A stretch of DNA of 64,000 bases. Source: a virus. How positions within the stretch are numbered: position 1 is the stretch's first letter; each line of letters starts with the position of its first letter. The notes under the pieces were generated by a model. It searched no databases, had not been told where the DNA came from, and saw only the letters and a list, made by a program, of their open reading frames with translations. Both the position numbers and the translations under genes were made by a program. Of this stretch, positions 48,033-57,573 are shown piece by piece. Location: the IMG/VR virus record IMGVR_UViG_3300017644_000080; one strand, written 5' to 3'.

Positions 48033-49622
48033 ATGGATTCAAAGCCGCAACTGGTCAGCGATCAGGATATTGATTCAATTGCCCAGATACTTGAAGACAG
48101 AATGAATGACAATGCACGTTTCATTGACGCTATGAATGTTGATGACAACGATTTTGCAGATTTGGATCATGAAACTTATCGGTGCACAGCAGAATTCAAA
48201 ACTGACGTTATTTTTGACATCGATTTTTATATAGACACCCACGCAGGAACGTCCGACGACGACAGATTCCCACTGCTCAGCGATAAAGCTTCCGTCGCAA
48301 GCCAACTTGCCAAGGCGTCTGAACTTCGTGGGAAATACGAAAAACCAGAGTTCATAAAAGAATTCGTAAAAGCCGGAAAAAGGAAAGTCCAGCTTGCTGA
48401 CGCACACGTTGCTCGCAACAGTTATTCCTGCACCTCCTGTAGCGGTCGCGGCTCTAACAGCTGCTCCAATTGTAGTGGGCACGGCACGACCACGTGTTAC
48501 AAATGCACCTTTGGTACAGTGATGTGCTTCCATTGCGGCGGATCGGGAAAAGCGGACCCATCAGCCAGTCGCCACCGTACTCCATGTTCTTTGTGTTTCG
48601 GCTCGGGACGCAGACGTTGTGACGATTGCGAAGGAACTACGAAGATCACCTGCGGGTCATGTGATGGTGCAGGAGATATTAGATGTGGCACTTGTCAGCA
48701 AACAGGTGCTTTGACTGACTTCTATGGCGTCAAATACACCGCCGAATTCAAACACAATATGATAAATTCGACGTTCCTGGAGGATGAATTTTATCCGCTT
48801 CATGATTGGATGCACAGCGGATACGCAAACGCGAATACAAAGAGCTTGCAGTCCCCTTCCATGACCATACACAAGGTCGAGTTGGACCAAAATCCGACAT
48901 TGGAAAAGGCCAGACATGGGCTGATCATAAAGATCGATGCATTAAAGCTGACGCTTGATGGCAAGTACAAGAACAAGCCGATTTCAGCCAGATACATCAT
49001 GTTTGACAAACCTTGGGTTTGGTACAGCCCGTATTTGGATGAAGCCGTCGATGGAATAGCCGAGCAAGCTCAGAAACTGGCGAACAGTTCACCGTCCGAG
49101 TTTCTTGCCCAGATGTCGAAGCACCCGCTCATCAATGAAGCCCTGAGGAAAGGATGGGATCGCGACGACACCCATGGCGCAAAGTGGGCAGAAAAAATCC
49201 AGCAGGACAGCCTCGGCTCGATAAGTCAGGAAGCTGCAAGGCCGATATTCGTCGCCTTCCGTCATTGCATGGAAAACCACGAGAAAGCGACCGTCAGGAA
49301 GACATTCAAACTGCCATTACTCGCAACGTTCCTGCTCTGGCTCGGGACGCAGTACATGGACCTTCCGTGGGTGATATCCCATGGCGGCATAGGGACCATA
49401 TTCCTCGTCCTTTACGTTCTCGCCCCTTACTTCATCACCAGCAAGATGATCCAATCGAGCGTCAAAAGGCGCATGCGCAAGGAAACAGGCGCAGACCAGG
49501 AACCGAAGCTGGGCGTTGCCGGACGCGTAGTGCCGATACTCAGCTCTGCGCTTTTCGCAGCCACCTGGCTCTTCGGCTTTCAGTTGTCCCATATCATGAT
49601 CGCTGGTCGTCCATTATTCTGA
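48033..49622 (+). CDS. membrane protein with DnaJ-type CxxCxGxG zinc-finger cluster (529 aa)
   Basis: Eight CxxC motifs in ~120 aa (CTSCSGRG, CSNCSGHG, CYKCTFGT, CFHCGGSG, CSLCFGSG, CDDCEGTT, CGSCDGAG, CGTCQQTG); three C-terminal TM helices; 41 nt after the AddA-like stop. Confidence 0.55.
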   Translation: MDSKPQLVSDQDIDSIAQILEDRMNDNARFIDAMNVDDNDFADLDHETYRCTAEFKTDVIFDIDFYIDTHAGTSDDDRFPLLSDKASVASQLAKASELRGKYEKPEFIKEFVKAGKRKVQLADAHVARNSYSCTSCSGRGSNSCSNCSGHGTTTCYKCTFGTVMCFHCGGSGKADPSASRHRTPCSLCFGSGRRRCDDCEGTTKITCGSCDGAGDIRCGTCQQTGALTDFYGVKYTAEFKHNMINSTFLEDEFYPLHDWMHSGYANANTKSLQSPSMTIHKVELDQNPTLEKARHGLIIKIDALKLTLDGKYKNKPISARYIMFDKPWVWYSPYLDEAVDGIAEQAQKLANSSPSEFLAQMSKHPLINEALRKGWDRDDTHGAKWAEKIQQDSLGSISQEAARPIFVAFRHCMENHEKATVRKTFKLPLLATFLLWLGTQYMDLPWVISHGGIGTIFLVLYVLAPYFITSKMIQSSVKRRMRKETGADQEPKLGVAGRVVPILSSALFAATWLFGFQLSHIMIAGRPLF

Positions 49623-49640
49623 CCAAAACGAATAACGCCA

Positions 49641-49678
49641 AAAACGCCGTCTACTCCTGCTAGGCGGCGTCTTTTTGT
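49641..49678. terminator. rho-independent terminator overlapping convergent gene ends
   Basis: AACGCCG ... CGGCGT hairpin followed by CTTTTTG. Confidence 0.55.
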
Positions 49679-50442
49679 CGGATCGAGAAGTGCAGCGTAT
49701 CCATGTCGTATCCGCGCTGGATCAACGCCTCAAGCAGCGTTTCTGAAGGTTCCTTCGGCCCAAGCATCCGCTGAATCTGCTCACGACCATATCCCAAGCG
49801 AGACCACTCATTCTCCAGCCGATCACGGCCGGGATTATTGACGTCCCATTCCTCAAATGCGTTGCTTACGACGCGCGCATCCGGACTCTCGGCTCCTGCT
49901 CCACCCCAGGCATAGCAAAGCTGCTTTGTATTTCTGTCTTCTGGAGGGGAACCCCAATAGACCCTGAGTTCGCCTGGCTTGGCTCTTTTCAGGGAATAAC
50001 GCTTGGGGCTTGTTGCTGGAGCCGCGCCTTCTGGCTTCAGGGCAACCGAGAACTTTAGAGTTGTTTTATCATAGCCACGCTCTTCGAGGATCGAGACGAG
50101 GTTCGTATATCGCAACTTGTCCTCAAAAATTGAAATCAGTAAGTGCGCGTCGCTGCTTCGTGCTCCGTGGCCGCCAAAGGCATATACTAGGCTTGGCGAA
50201 TTATATGTATCATATCGACCCCATGCGACTTTGAGCGTGCGAGGCTTGGCTTCAATCTGATAAATACGACGACGCTTAATGGCTGGCGAGCCTGACATTT
50301 TTATCTCCGAGGACGAAGGAATTATGCGATCTGATTGGTCGATAATCCATTGAGATAACAATACAGGATAATTCCCATTGTCGCTGGTAATTTGAATGTT
50401 ATTTTGATAATTATTCACCGAAAGGATTTCAAATGAGAGCAC
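49660..50442 (-). CDS. hypothetical protein with internal duplicated ~60-aa domain (260 aa)
   Basis: Two repeats: ...SSDAHLLISIFEDKLRYTNLVSILEERGYDKTTLKFS and ...SPDARVVSNAFEEWDVNN...LLEALIQRGYDMDTLHFS. Confidence 0.45.
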   Translation of the reverse strand: MLSFEILSVNNYQNNIQITSDNGNYPVLLSQWIIDQSDRIIPSSSEIKMSGSPAIKRRRIYQIEAKPRTLKVAWGRYDTYNSPSLVYAFGGHGARSSDAHLLISIFEDKLRYTNLVSILEERGYDKTTLKFSVALKPEGAAPATSPKRYSLKRAKPGELRVYWGSPPEDRNTKQLCYAWGGAGAESPDARVVSNAFEEWDVNNPGRDRLENEWSRLGYGREQIQRMLGPKEPSETLLEALIQRGYDMDTLHFSIRQKDAA

Positions 50443-50585
50443 TCCTCAACTGGCTATTTCCGACAAAACCTCAGCGCATGTGCAAAACGCATGGCTGCAG
50501 GCACGAGCAGCCAAACCTTCTGGATGAGAAATGCCTGATCTGCCGCCTGCCTATGGACGACTGAGATTATCCGCTATTGAATGTG

Positions 50586-51542
50586 CTAGCGGCCCATTCC
50601 GTTCACGAGATCCGGCTTGTTAACCCAGGTCAGATGTTCATCGAGAAGCTGGTCTTCTCCTCGCCACGTATATGCTGCCAGAACGCCATCCTTCGCAATC
50701 GAGAAGTCGAGACAAGCGATCTTAGGCGAGAGTAGATATGGCGTTCCGCTCATCCAGTAGTGACCGAAGAACGTCAGCTTGTTCGATGGCGCGATCTTCA
50801 GATGATCCGGCAGCTCGATCTCAGGCAGGTCCTCTAGGCCTTCTTCCGGCATGACAGCATTGCGATAGTTCGTGGCGTCGTCTTTCCACCACTGAATACG
50901 CGACTTGCGCCGGACAACGCCCCCTTTGTCTGTGAAGGTGAACCCTTCCGGCAGATCGACTTCCAATCCCTTCAGGACGATCTCAATAGGACTATTGAGG
51001 TCGTGGCCCTGCTCGAAGCTCGCAAACAGAGCATCGCGCTTCATGGAGCCGTCTTCGTTTAGATGAGGCTTCAGAGTATCGAGAGACTTAGGGTGCCAGC
51101 ACGCGTGCGTAGCTCGTAACTCATCAGTCTCGAAGGAAACGGGCAGGGTCGAGAAAAATTCGACCATTTCTTTATGGAGATCGCTGTCTTCACCAACGGC
51201 TTCTATGAACGCCTTGTGCTGAAAGCGGTTCTTGGGTCCACGAAGACGCATGTGACGGCCAGACTTGCTGCCAGGAACAGGAGTAGCGTAGCCGATTGCG
51301 TTGAGTTCGTGATTGCCCATCAGAACATGGGCGGTACCAGCATCACGCATGCGGCGAGCGATGTCGATGGAAAGGAGCTGGTCGGGTCCGCGATCAATCA
51401 GATCGCCCAAGAAAACAGCCATCCGGTTCGGATTTGAATGACGGTATGCGCCATTTTTGTTTTCGTAGCCGAGATTGTCTAGTAGCGCTTCAAGCGCATC
51501 TGCGTGACCGTGAATATCTCCAATAAAATCGTATTCCATCAT
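50586..51542 (-). CDS. PPP-family Ser/Thr phosphatase / ApaH-like metallophosphoesterase (318 aa)
   Basis: GDIHGH, GDLIDRGPD, GNHE motifs of the PPP (PP-lambda/PrpE/ApaH) family. Confidence 0.8.
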   Translation of the reverse strand: MMEYDFIGDIHGHADALEALLDNLGYENKNGAYRHSNPNRMAVFLGDLIDRGPDQLLSIDIARRMRDAGTAHVLMGNHELNAIGYATPVPGSKSGRHMRLRGPKNRFQHKAFIEAVGEDSDLHKEMVEFFSTLPVSFETDELRATHACWHPKSLDTLKPHLNEDGSMKRDALFASFEQGHDLNSPIEIVLKGLEVDLPEGFTFTDKGGVVRRKSRIQWWKDDATNYRNAVMPEEGLEDLPEIELPDHLKIAPSNKLTFFGHYWMSGTPYLLSPKIACLDFSIAKDGVLAAYTWRGEDQLLDEHLTWVNKPDLVNGMGR

Positions 51543-51903
51543 ACCTTCTTTTTATTTTTATTTATCACTCCTATGAGACCTCAATAATCTGCAAACAGCA
51601 ACGGTTAGCCTTCTGACACATCCAAGGAATCAAGCTCGTTTTCGATGTCCAGGAGTTCCTTATTTAAGGCGGCCAATTTGTTCCCGCTCGGATCGATTGT
51701 GGGATATGCCTCGATAGTCTCAATATCCTGCAGTATTTCTGTATGCCTATCGACTAAGGAATCAAATCGAGAATATGCCATAGTTCACCCGCTTTAACGT
51801 GGCCGAATGCCAATAATAGCCTTGCCTTCCTCGCGGTCGAAGCTCCGATAGGCTGGCGCAAGAGGCGTAACCATGACACCCCCCCGCGATGTCGCAACCG
51901 AAA

Positions 51904-53196
51904 TTACTTCGGCTGAATGATCTCCAAGCCGCCCATGTAAGGCCGAAGAGCGGTCGGGATCGTAATCGTACCGTCCTCGTTCTGATAGTTCTCCATGATC
52001 GCGATCAAGAGGCGGCCGACAGCGACACCCGAACCATTGAGGGTGTGAACGAATTCAGTGCCCTTCTGGCCGCGCGTCTTGTGGCGAGCATTCATACGAC
52101 GGGCCTGGAAGTCGCCGCAGTACGAGCAGCTCGAAATCTCACGGTAGGTCTTCTGACCGGGCAGCCAGACTTCGATGTCGTAGGTCTTACGGGAGCTGAA
52201 GCCCATATCGCCGCCGCATAGTAGCATCACGCGGTACGGAAGCTCGAACGCCTGCAGAACAGCCTCAGCAGCACCTAGCATGCGCTCCAGTTCCGCTTCG
52301 CCGTCCTCTTCCTTCACAATCGACACCAGCTCGACCTTGTTGAACTGATGCTGACGAAGAATGCCACGGACGTCGCGGCCAGCCGAACCAGCTTCCGAGC
52401 GGAAGCACGGAGTAAGCGCGGTGAAGCGCTGAGGCAGGCTTTCCGTCTCCACGATCTGATCCGCGACAAGATTGGTGAGCGAGACCTCCGCAGTCGGGAT
52501 CAGATAGCGGCCATCAGTCGTTTTGAAGAGGTCTTCCTCAAACTTCGGAAGCTGCCCTGTACCGAACATAGCGTTTTCGCGCACCAGCAGCGGCACCTGG
52601 CACTCCTCGTAGCCGTGCTTGGCGGCCATATCGAGCATGAACTGCCCAAGCGCACGTTCCATCCTGGCGATACCACCACGAAGGACGACAAAGCGCGAAC
52701 CCGAGATGCGGCCAGCGCTCTCGAAATCAAGACCACCGAGTTCTTCACCAAGCTCGAAATGCTGCTTGGGTTCGAATCCCATTTCGGGGATCACACCCAC
52801 GGTGCGAACAAGGACATTTGCCTTCTCGTCAGCGCCAGCAGGCACGCTATCGAGCGGGAGGTTCGGGAACGTAGCGAGGCGATCATTCAGAGCATCACCA
52901 ACCGCTTTCGCCTTGACCTCCAGCAACGAAATGCTTTCCTTCAGCGTCGCGACATCCTGCTTGAGAGCATCCCCCGACGCCTTGTCGCCAGCCTTGTAGA
53001 AGGCTCCGATTTTCGCGGAAAGAACCTTGATCTCATGGTTTTTTGTTTCGATTTCCGAGTTCGTTTCATTCACGGCATCACGGCTATCGCGAACAAACTC
53101 GAAAATGAACATAGCGTCGTCACGCGTGTAACCGCGCTTCTCAAGGCCCGCTACGAATGCGTCCTTGTTTTCAATAATGGTTTTAGCGTTATGCAT
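51904..53196 (-). CDS. serS: seryl-tRNA synthetase, bacterial type (430 aa)
   Basis: N-terminal coiled-coil arm; class-II motifs TPCFRSEAGSAGRD...HQFNKVELV (motif 2) and GSGVAVGRLLIAIMENYQ (motif 3); C-terminal ALRPYMGGLEII. Confidence 0.9.
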   Translation of the reverse strand: MHNAKTIIENKDAFVAGLEKRGYTRDDAMFIFEFVRDSRDAVNETNSEIETKNHEIKVLSAKIGAFYKAGDKASGDALKQDVATLKESISLLEVKAKAVGDALNDRLATFPNLPLDSVPAGADEKANVLVRTVGVIPEMGFEPKQHFELGEELGGLDFESAGRISGSRFVVLRGGIARMERALGQFMLDMAAKHGYEECQVPLLVRENAMFGTGQLPKFEEDLFKTTDGRYLIPTAEVSLTNLVADQIVETESLPQRFTALTPCFRSEAGSAGRDVRGILRQHQFNKVELVSIVKEEDGEAELERMLGAAEAVLQAFELPYRVMLLCGGDMGFSSRKTYDIEVWLPGQKTYREISSCSYCGDFQARRMNARHKTRGQKGTEFVHTLNGSGVAVGRLLIAIMENYQNEDGTITIPTALRPYMGGLEIIQPK

Positions 53197-53229
53197 TTAT
53201 CCTGCTTTCAAAGCCTATTCTATGATCCC

Positions 53230-53811
53230 TTACTTACCAGCGTCCTTGCTGGAAATCTCTCGCGTTTTCTTGAGAGATTTTGAGATCATAGATCGAAGCT
53301 GATCCCGATAGAGGGCATCATCCTTCTTCTTCGGTTTGAAATAGCCCCAGTTATCGAGCAGCAACAGAAATTGCTGATGCTGCTCACGCGTCAGCTTCAT
53401 GATGTCATTCATGAAGCTGTGCATGACCACGACACGCGGATCGCCGTCAGGCGACATCGTGATAACCATCTTCGTATCCGCATTCGGATCAGTCTTTTCG
53501 ACCAATCCCCCAACGAAATCCTGGCGATCATGGTTTGCTTCAAACCACGGCAACAGATCGCTGCAATCAATGATCGGCACGTATTGGACGCCGCCATCAG
53601 CTTCGTCGATGCGCTTCACGATGCCGTCGCTTACGAGAGTGTCCAACGCATCCTGCGCACGCTTGGTAGGACGAACCGCCTTCATGCCAAATCGAAGCAC
53701 ACCTTTATTCGGCTCAAGCATGCCAAACCAAGCCGCACAAATTGCCTTCACTTCATCAGTAAGTTTCTCAAACTTTTCGATGCTCATAATTAAATTCCTC
53801 TTCGCGGGCAT
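53230..53811 (-). CDS. hypothetical protein (193 aa)
   Basis: ORF 33 nt upstream of serS on the same strand. Confidence 0.45.
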   Translation of the reverse strand: MPAKRNLIMSIEKFEKLTDEVKAICAAWFGMLEPNKGVLRFGMKAVRPTKRAQDALDTLVSDGIVKRIDEADGGVQYVPIIDCSDLLPWFEANHDRQDFVGGLVEKTDPNADTKMVITMSPDGDPRVVVMHSFMNDIMKLTREQHQQFLLLLDNWGYFKPKKKDDALYRDQLRSMISKSLKKTREISSKDAGK

Positions 53812-53871
53812 TTAAACACCAACGACAGATAAATAGCAACAAAATTATCCAGAAAATAAACGGTATATTGT

Positions 53872-54450
53872 TTAAAAATTCAAAGCATAATCTTCGATTT
53901 TGCCAAGTCGCTGGTAGTCCGGAATTATTATTCCCAGAGCTGTAACAGATCCAGAGAGAAAACCGCCGAGTTCAACCCGAATGGTCTCGTCATTTCTGTA
54001 TATGGCTGCGGCCAGACGATGATATCCATCATAGACGCTGGTCGAGCCGCCATCAGGTGAATTGAACTCGATCTCGATTGGCTCATCGGAGCCGTTCTGA
54101 ACGAGATAGGCGATCCGCTCTTCGTGTTTGGCCGCTCCCCAAGATCGATCATAAACAGATTTGACGGCTGAATATGGCTCGTTTTCGAAGCGGGAAGCCT
54201 CAATCGCCGCCTTCACACCTTCGATGGATACGCCTTCACCGTCGTGCCAAGGCGAAATCTCGAATGGATTGAACTCGGCAAGTCGCTTAAGCGGCAACAA
54301 GCCAATCAAGCGGCCCTCTTCATCTGGATGAAAGGACACGAGGTGTTCAGGGCCGCCCCAAAGGTCGGCTTCCTCAATTGCAATAATCTCGAACTCGTCT
54401 TCGTCCATCACCACGTCTCTAGAACAGCAAACGGACTCACCGTCGCCCAC
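53872..54450 (-). CDS. small protein with ParB/Srx-like DGxHRxxA motif (192 aa)
   Basis: C-terminal SVYDGYHRLAAAIY matches the DGhHRxxA signature of the ParB/sulfiredoxin nuclease-like fold. Confidence 0.4.
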   Translation of the reverse strand: MGDGESVCCSRDVVMDEDEFEIIAIEEADLWGGPEHLVSFHPDEEGRLIGLLPLKRLAEFNPFEISPWHDGEGVSIEGVKAAIEASRFENEPYSAVKSVYDRSWGAAKHEERIAYLVQNGSDEPIEIEFNSPDGGSTSVYDGYHRLAAAIYRNDETIRVELGGFLSGSVTALGIIIPDYQRLGKIEDYALNF

Positions 54451-54617
54451 GTAAGGCCATCGTACTCGACCAGGTGGTGTTCTCCAAACTGGTCCAGAAC
54501 ATCAAAGACCCCTTGATCCGCATAAGGCTGCGTCTCACCGACAAACTGGACCTTTCGACCCAGGTCGTCATCCATCACCGACAATTCGATTTCATCGCCA
54601 ATCTTGGGCTGTTTCAT
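54408..54617 (-). CDS. small hypothetical protein (~69 aa)
   Basis: Internal Met MKQPKIGDE overlaps the upstream stop by ATGA; acidic. Confidence 0.3.
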   Translation of the reverse strand: MKQPKIGDEIELSVMDDDLGRKVQFVGETQPYADQGVFDVLDQFGEHHLVEYDGLTWATVSPFAVLETW

Positions 54618-55621
54618 GCCATTTCTCCTTCCAAGATGCCCGCATCCAGTCGCCCCTTCTCGGTGACGACATAACCAACACCACCGCTCTCGATCCAACC
54701 AGCTGTCATCAGATCATTGATCTCACCGTTGCTAATGTCGAACGCACCGCATCTCGCACGAGGATTGGAGCGCTTACTGTAAGCATGCAGACCACCCGCC
54801 GCATGGGCATCTGCGAGCAGCTTTTTACGTTTTGAGGTCATCTTGATCGTAGCGACATAGGCATCACGAATGGCCTTCGTCTTGGCTTCCTCAGCCTGTT
54901 TCAATGCAGACGAGATTTTTTCAGAGATCACAATCACTTCGGAGATGGTGGCAATACCGCTCACTTTGATGTCGAACTCGTCCGTCTCAAATCCGTTCTC
55001 CTGCAAGATCGAGTGAACGAGTGCTTTATGCTGAGGATGAAACTGGAAAAGTTCACCGCAGGAGGTTTCGACCGAATACGGACCAGAAGGCTCCTTGAAA
55101 GACACCTGCATCAAGTCGCCTTGAGAGTTTTTGACACGCAGGAATCCACGGCCAAATTCAAAGCCAGTTGGTTGCCTTTCAAAGCGCGATCCGCCTGCAG
55201 CGACAAATGCGTCGAGAATTGGCTGCGCGGCAGTGGAATCAGCAGCATGATCCCGTGCACGTTCTGCAGTGACTCTGTCCAGATGGCGAGCGATGGCTGC
55301 CGAGTCGTGCTTGCCGTAAGTATGGTCTACGAATTTCAAACAGTCTTTGACTGCATTCCCTTCACGACGAGGTTCATCAAGGCGACCGATGATGACAATT
55401 CTGTTTGCTTCGGTGGTGCCGACATTCCAGTCATAGACGACGCTGTTCCCCAGCCCACCATAGTTGAGACCCTGCACAAAAGATTCAGCTGTCCTGCCAT
55501 CTGGGAACGAATGAATTTCAACCAGGAACGACGGGAGCTGATCAACTGATGTCAGCGGCTCACCATCGAGCGCGGCGATGCCTGTATTGTTATCCAGATT
55601 GACGAACAGCTCGACCCTCAC
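54614..55621 (-). CDS. hypothetical protein (335 aa)
   Basis: Start overlaps the upstream gene's stop (translational coupling). Confidence 0.45.
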   Translation of the reverse strand: MRVELFVNLDNNTGIAALDGEPLTSVDQLPSFLVEIHSFPDGRTAESFVQGLNYGGLGNSVVYDWNVGTTEANRIVIIGRLDEPRREGNAVKDCLKFVDHTYGKHDSAAIARHLDRVTAERARDHAADSTAAQPILDAFVAAGGSRFERQPTGFEFGRGFLRVKNSQGDLMQVSFKEPSGPYSVETSCGELFQFHPQHKALVHSILQENGFETDEFDIKVSGIATISEVIVISEKISSALKQAEEAKTKAIRDAYVATIKMTSKRKKLLADAHAAGGLHAYSKRSNPRARCGAFDISNGEINDLMTAGWIESGGVGYVVTEKGRLDAGILEGEMA

Positions 55622-56013
55622 TCCACGCCTCCTGGCTTGTCTGGATCTTCGGGATGACGCTCAGCCCGGATGTGATACTTGGCTTTAGAAGACCGGAGGG
55701 TCGACAGGATGCGGGCGATCTCACCATAAGTCAGCTGGTTTTCAGCGACAGAGGTTGCGAACACATCGCCGAGCATCTTCAGGGACGAGGTCAACGTATC
55801 TTCAGGGAGACTATAGGTGGGCCATTCAGTTGCGGCCTGTGTTTCAGACAATCCACGGCGCGCAGCAGCGATCCAGTACCGCTCAATCTCATTGAATACG
55901 AAATATACATCGGCATATTCCATTTCACTGATTTCGATAAAATGACTGGATGCATCGAGTCCGAACTTGGCCTCAGCCTTGTTAACGATCATTTCTCTCT
56001 TATGGATTTTCAT
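55618..56013 (-). CDS. hypothetical protein (131 aa)
   Basis: ORF 23 nt after the PPP phosphatase gene. Confidence 0.4.
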   Translation of the reverse strand: MKIHKREMIVNKAEAKFGLDASSHFIEISEMEYADVYFVFNEIERYWIAAARRGLSETQAATEWPTYSLPEDTLTSSLKMLGDVFATSVAENQLTYGEIARILSTLRSSKAKYHIRAERHPEDPDKPGGVE

Positions 56014-56036
56014 TTTCCCGTTCCAAGTAACCCAAC

Positions 56037-56888
56037 TTAAGCTGCCATCGCGAATTCAACGTATTCATTCTTGTTGAGCACAGTACCGAGACCGCGATCA
56101 AGGCGAATTGGTTCAACATCGACGACAGATTTCGCACTGCCATCGGTCTGAAAGAAGCGGTACGAGCCATCTTCAATTGCGACGGCAGTCAGACGGCCAC
56201 TTTCATAAGCACCAGTGTCGATAGAAATACGGTTCTCGGTAACGACAGGCTTGTCACCAACGACAGTGTGGCCGTGCACGACTACGTTCTGCAGATGGCC
56301 GACATGTTCCAAGAACGGGTCCCTGATCCACATCAGGTCTTTCTCGTTCTGATCAGCCAGCGAGGCCTTCGGATCGATGCCAGCATGAGCAAACACGATG
56401 CCATCTACGACAGCCATCGACTTGGCGGTTGCAAACATACGCAGGTGATCGCCATGCATGGTTCGCACGAGTTCGATAGCCTCGTTCAGGTCACCATAGT
56501 GATAAGAAGCCAGCGTCTCAATGCCGCCGCGCGAAATCCAAGCGGCCGCATAACGGCGATCACGCTCGTGAATAGCCTTCAGAAATAGATCGTCATGATT
56601 ACCCTTGAGGACGATGGAGCCTTCGTACTCAACGAGAGCTTCGGCAACGATGTCCATGGCCTGACGCGAACGAGGCCCTTTATCACAGATATCGCCGAGG
56701 AAGATAAAACGGGGCGCGGCACCATGGGTAGAGGCGTCATTTACAGCGTGAGCAATAATCGCATTCAGAAGATCAGCTCGACCGTGTACATCACCAATTG
56801 CATAAGTGATTGTCTTCGACATTTTCTCGCCCCTTTTGGATGCGAGAATTAATATCATTATTGAATGGGTTGTCAATAAAATATTCAA
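56037..56888 (-). CDS. PPP-family Ser/Thr phosphatase-like metallophosphoesterase (283 aa)
   Basis: YAIGDVHGR, FLGDICDKGP, LKGNHD motifs. Confidence 0.8.
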   Translation of the reverse strand: MNILLTTHSIMILILASKRGEKMSKTITYAIGDVHGRADLLNAIIAHAVNDASTHGAAPRFIFLGDICDKGPRSRQAMDIVAEALVEYEGSIVLKGNHDDLFLKAIHERDRRYAAAWISRGGIETLASYHYGDLNEAIELVRTMHGDHLRMFATAKSMAVVDGIVFAHAGIDPKASLADQNEKDLMWIRDPFLEHVGHLQNVVVHGHTVVGDKPVVTENRISIDTGAYESGRLTAVAIEDGSYRFFQTDGSAKSVVDVEPIRLDRGLGTVLNKNEYVEFAMAA

Positions 56889-56950
56889 ATAAAAAGGCGA
56901 GAACTCCGCAATTAATTACGAAATCCCCGCGTCTCTAACATTCCAGAATC

Positions 56951-57520
56951 TTATTTTCGTTTCAAGTCCTGAATCACCAGATTTCCGCTATCAATATCCT
57001 GCAGCATTCGCGTAAGCATTTCGGCATCGCCTTTGTTTTTGGCGACCTTGGCTTCTACAGCCTCGATATCCTTTTTCAGGACATCGATCCGCTCGCTGTA
57101 AAATTCGGCGCTTGAATCCGCGTTTTTCAAAGCCCATTCGACAGCCTCGCGTTTATCGGTGAAATGCGAATTGTCGTACTGCAGAACACCAGAATGCGTG
57201 GTGTTGGGAAATCCGAGCTTCTCGGCCTTGTCCTCGACAATCTGGTTGCCATCCCACGTATAGACGGTGGTAGATTCCGAGAATTCATCTGCCTTGTTTA
57301 GCAGCTCTACGAACAGGTTGGGATCAGCTTTGATTTCATTTTGATACCGCATGAGTTCGCCTTTCCGATCCCACAAATCGTCGTAAGGCTTGATGATCAC
57401 ACCTTCAGCTGTGATGCCGATCAAATTCGGTGCCATGGGCGAACCGATATAAACCATGTCGCCAACCTTGTGCACTATATGACCGACCTTATAATGTTCC
57501 TTGATGGCTTTAACGCCCAT
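56951..57520 (-). CDS. hypothetical protein, tandem paralog 1 (189 aa)
   Basis: MGVKAIKEHYKVGH...; ~35-40% identical to the adjacent gene. Confidence 0.45.
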   Translation of the reverse strand: MGVKAIKEHYKVGHIVHKVGDMVYIGSPMAPNLIGITAEGVIIKPYDDLWDRKGELMRYQNEIKADPNLFVELLNKADEFSESTTVYTWDGNQIVEDKAEKLGFPNTTHSGVLQYDNSHFTDKREAVEWALKNADSSAEFYSERIDVLKKDIEAVEAKVAKNKGDAEMLTRMLQDIDSGNLVIQDLKRK

Positions 57521-57573
57521 AGTTCTCTCCTGATTTTTGATTGCTTCGTTTTGCCAGCACTAAGCAGCCGTGC

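Noticed and set aside
51607-51783. 59-aa acidic coiled-coil-like ORF in the 360-bp gap between serS and the PPP phosphatase gene
   Set aside because: It is below the ORF-track length cutoff with no supporting motif. It might be real, but it cannot be supported from sequence alone.
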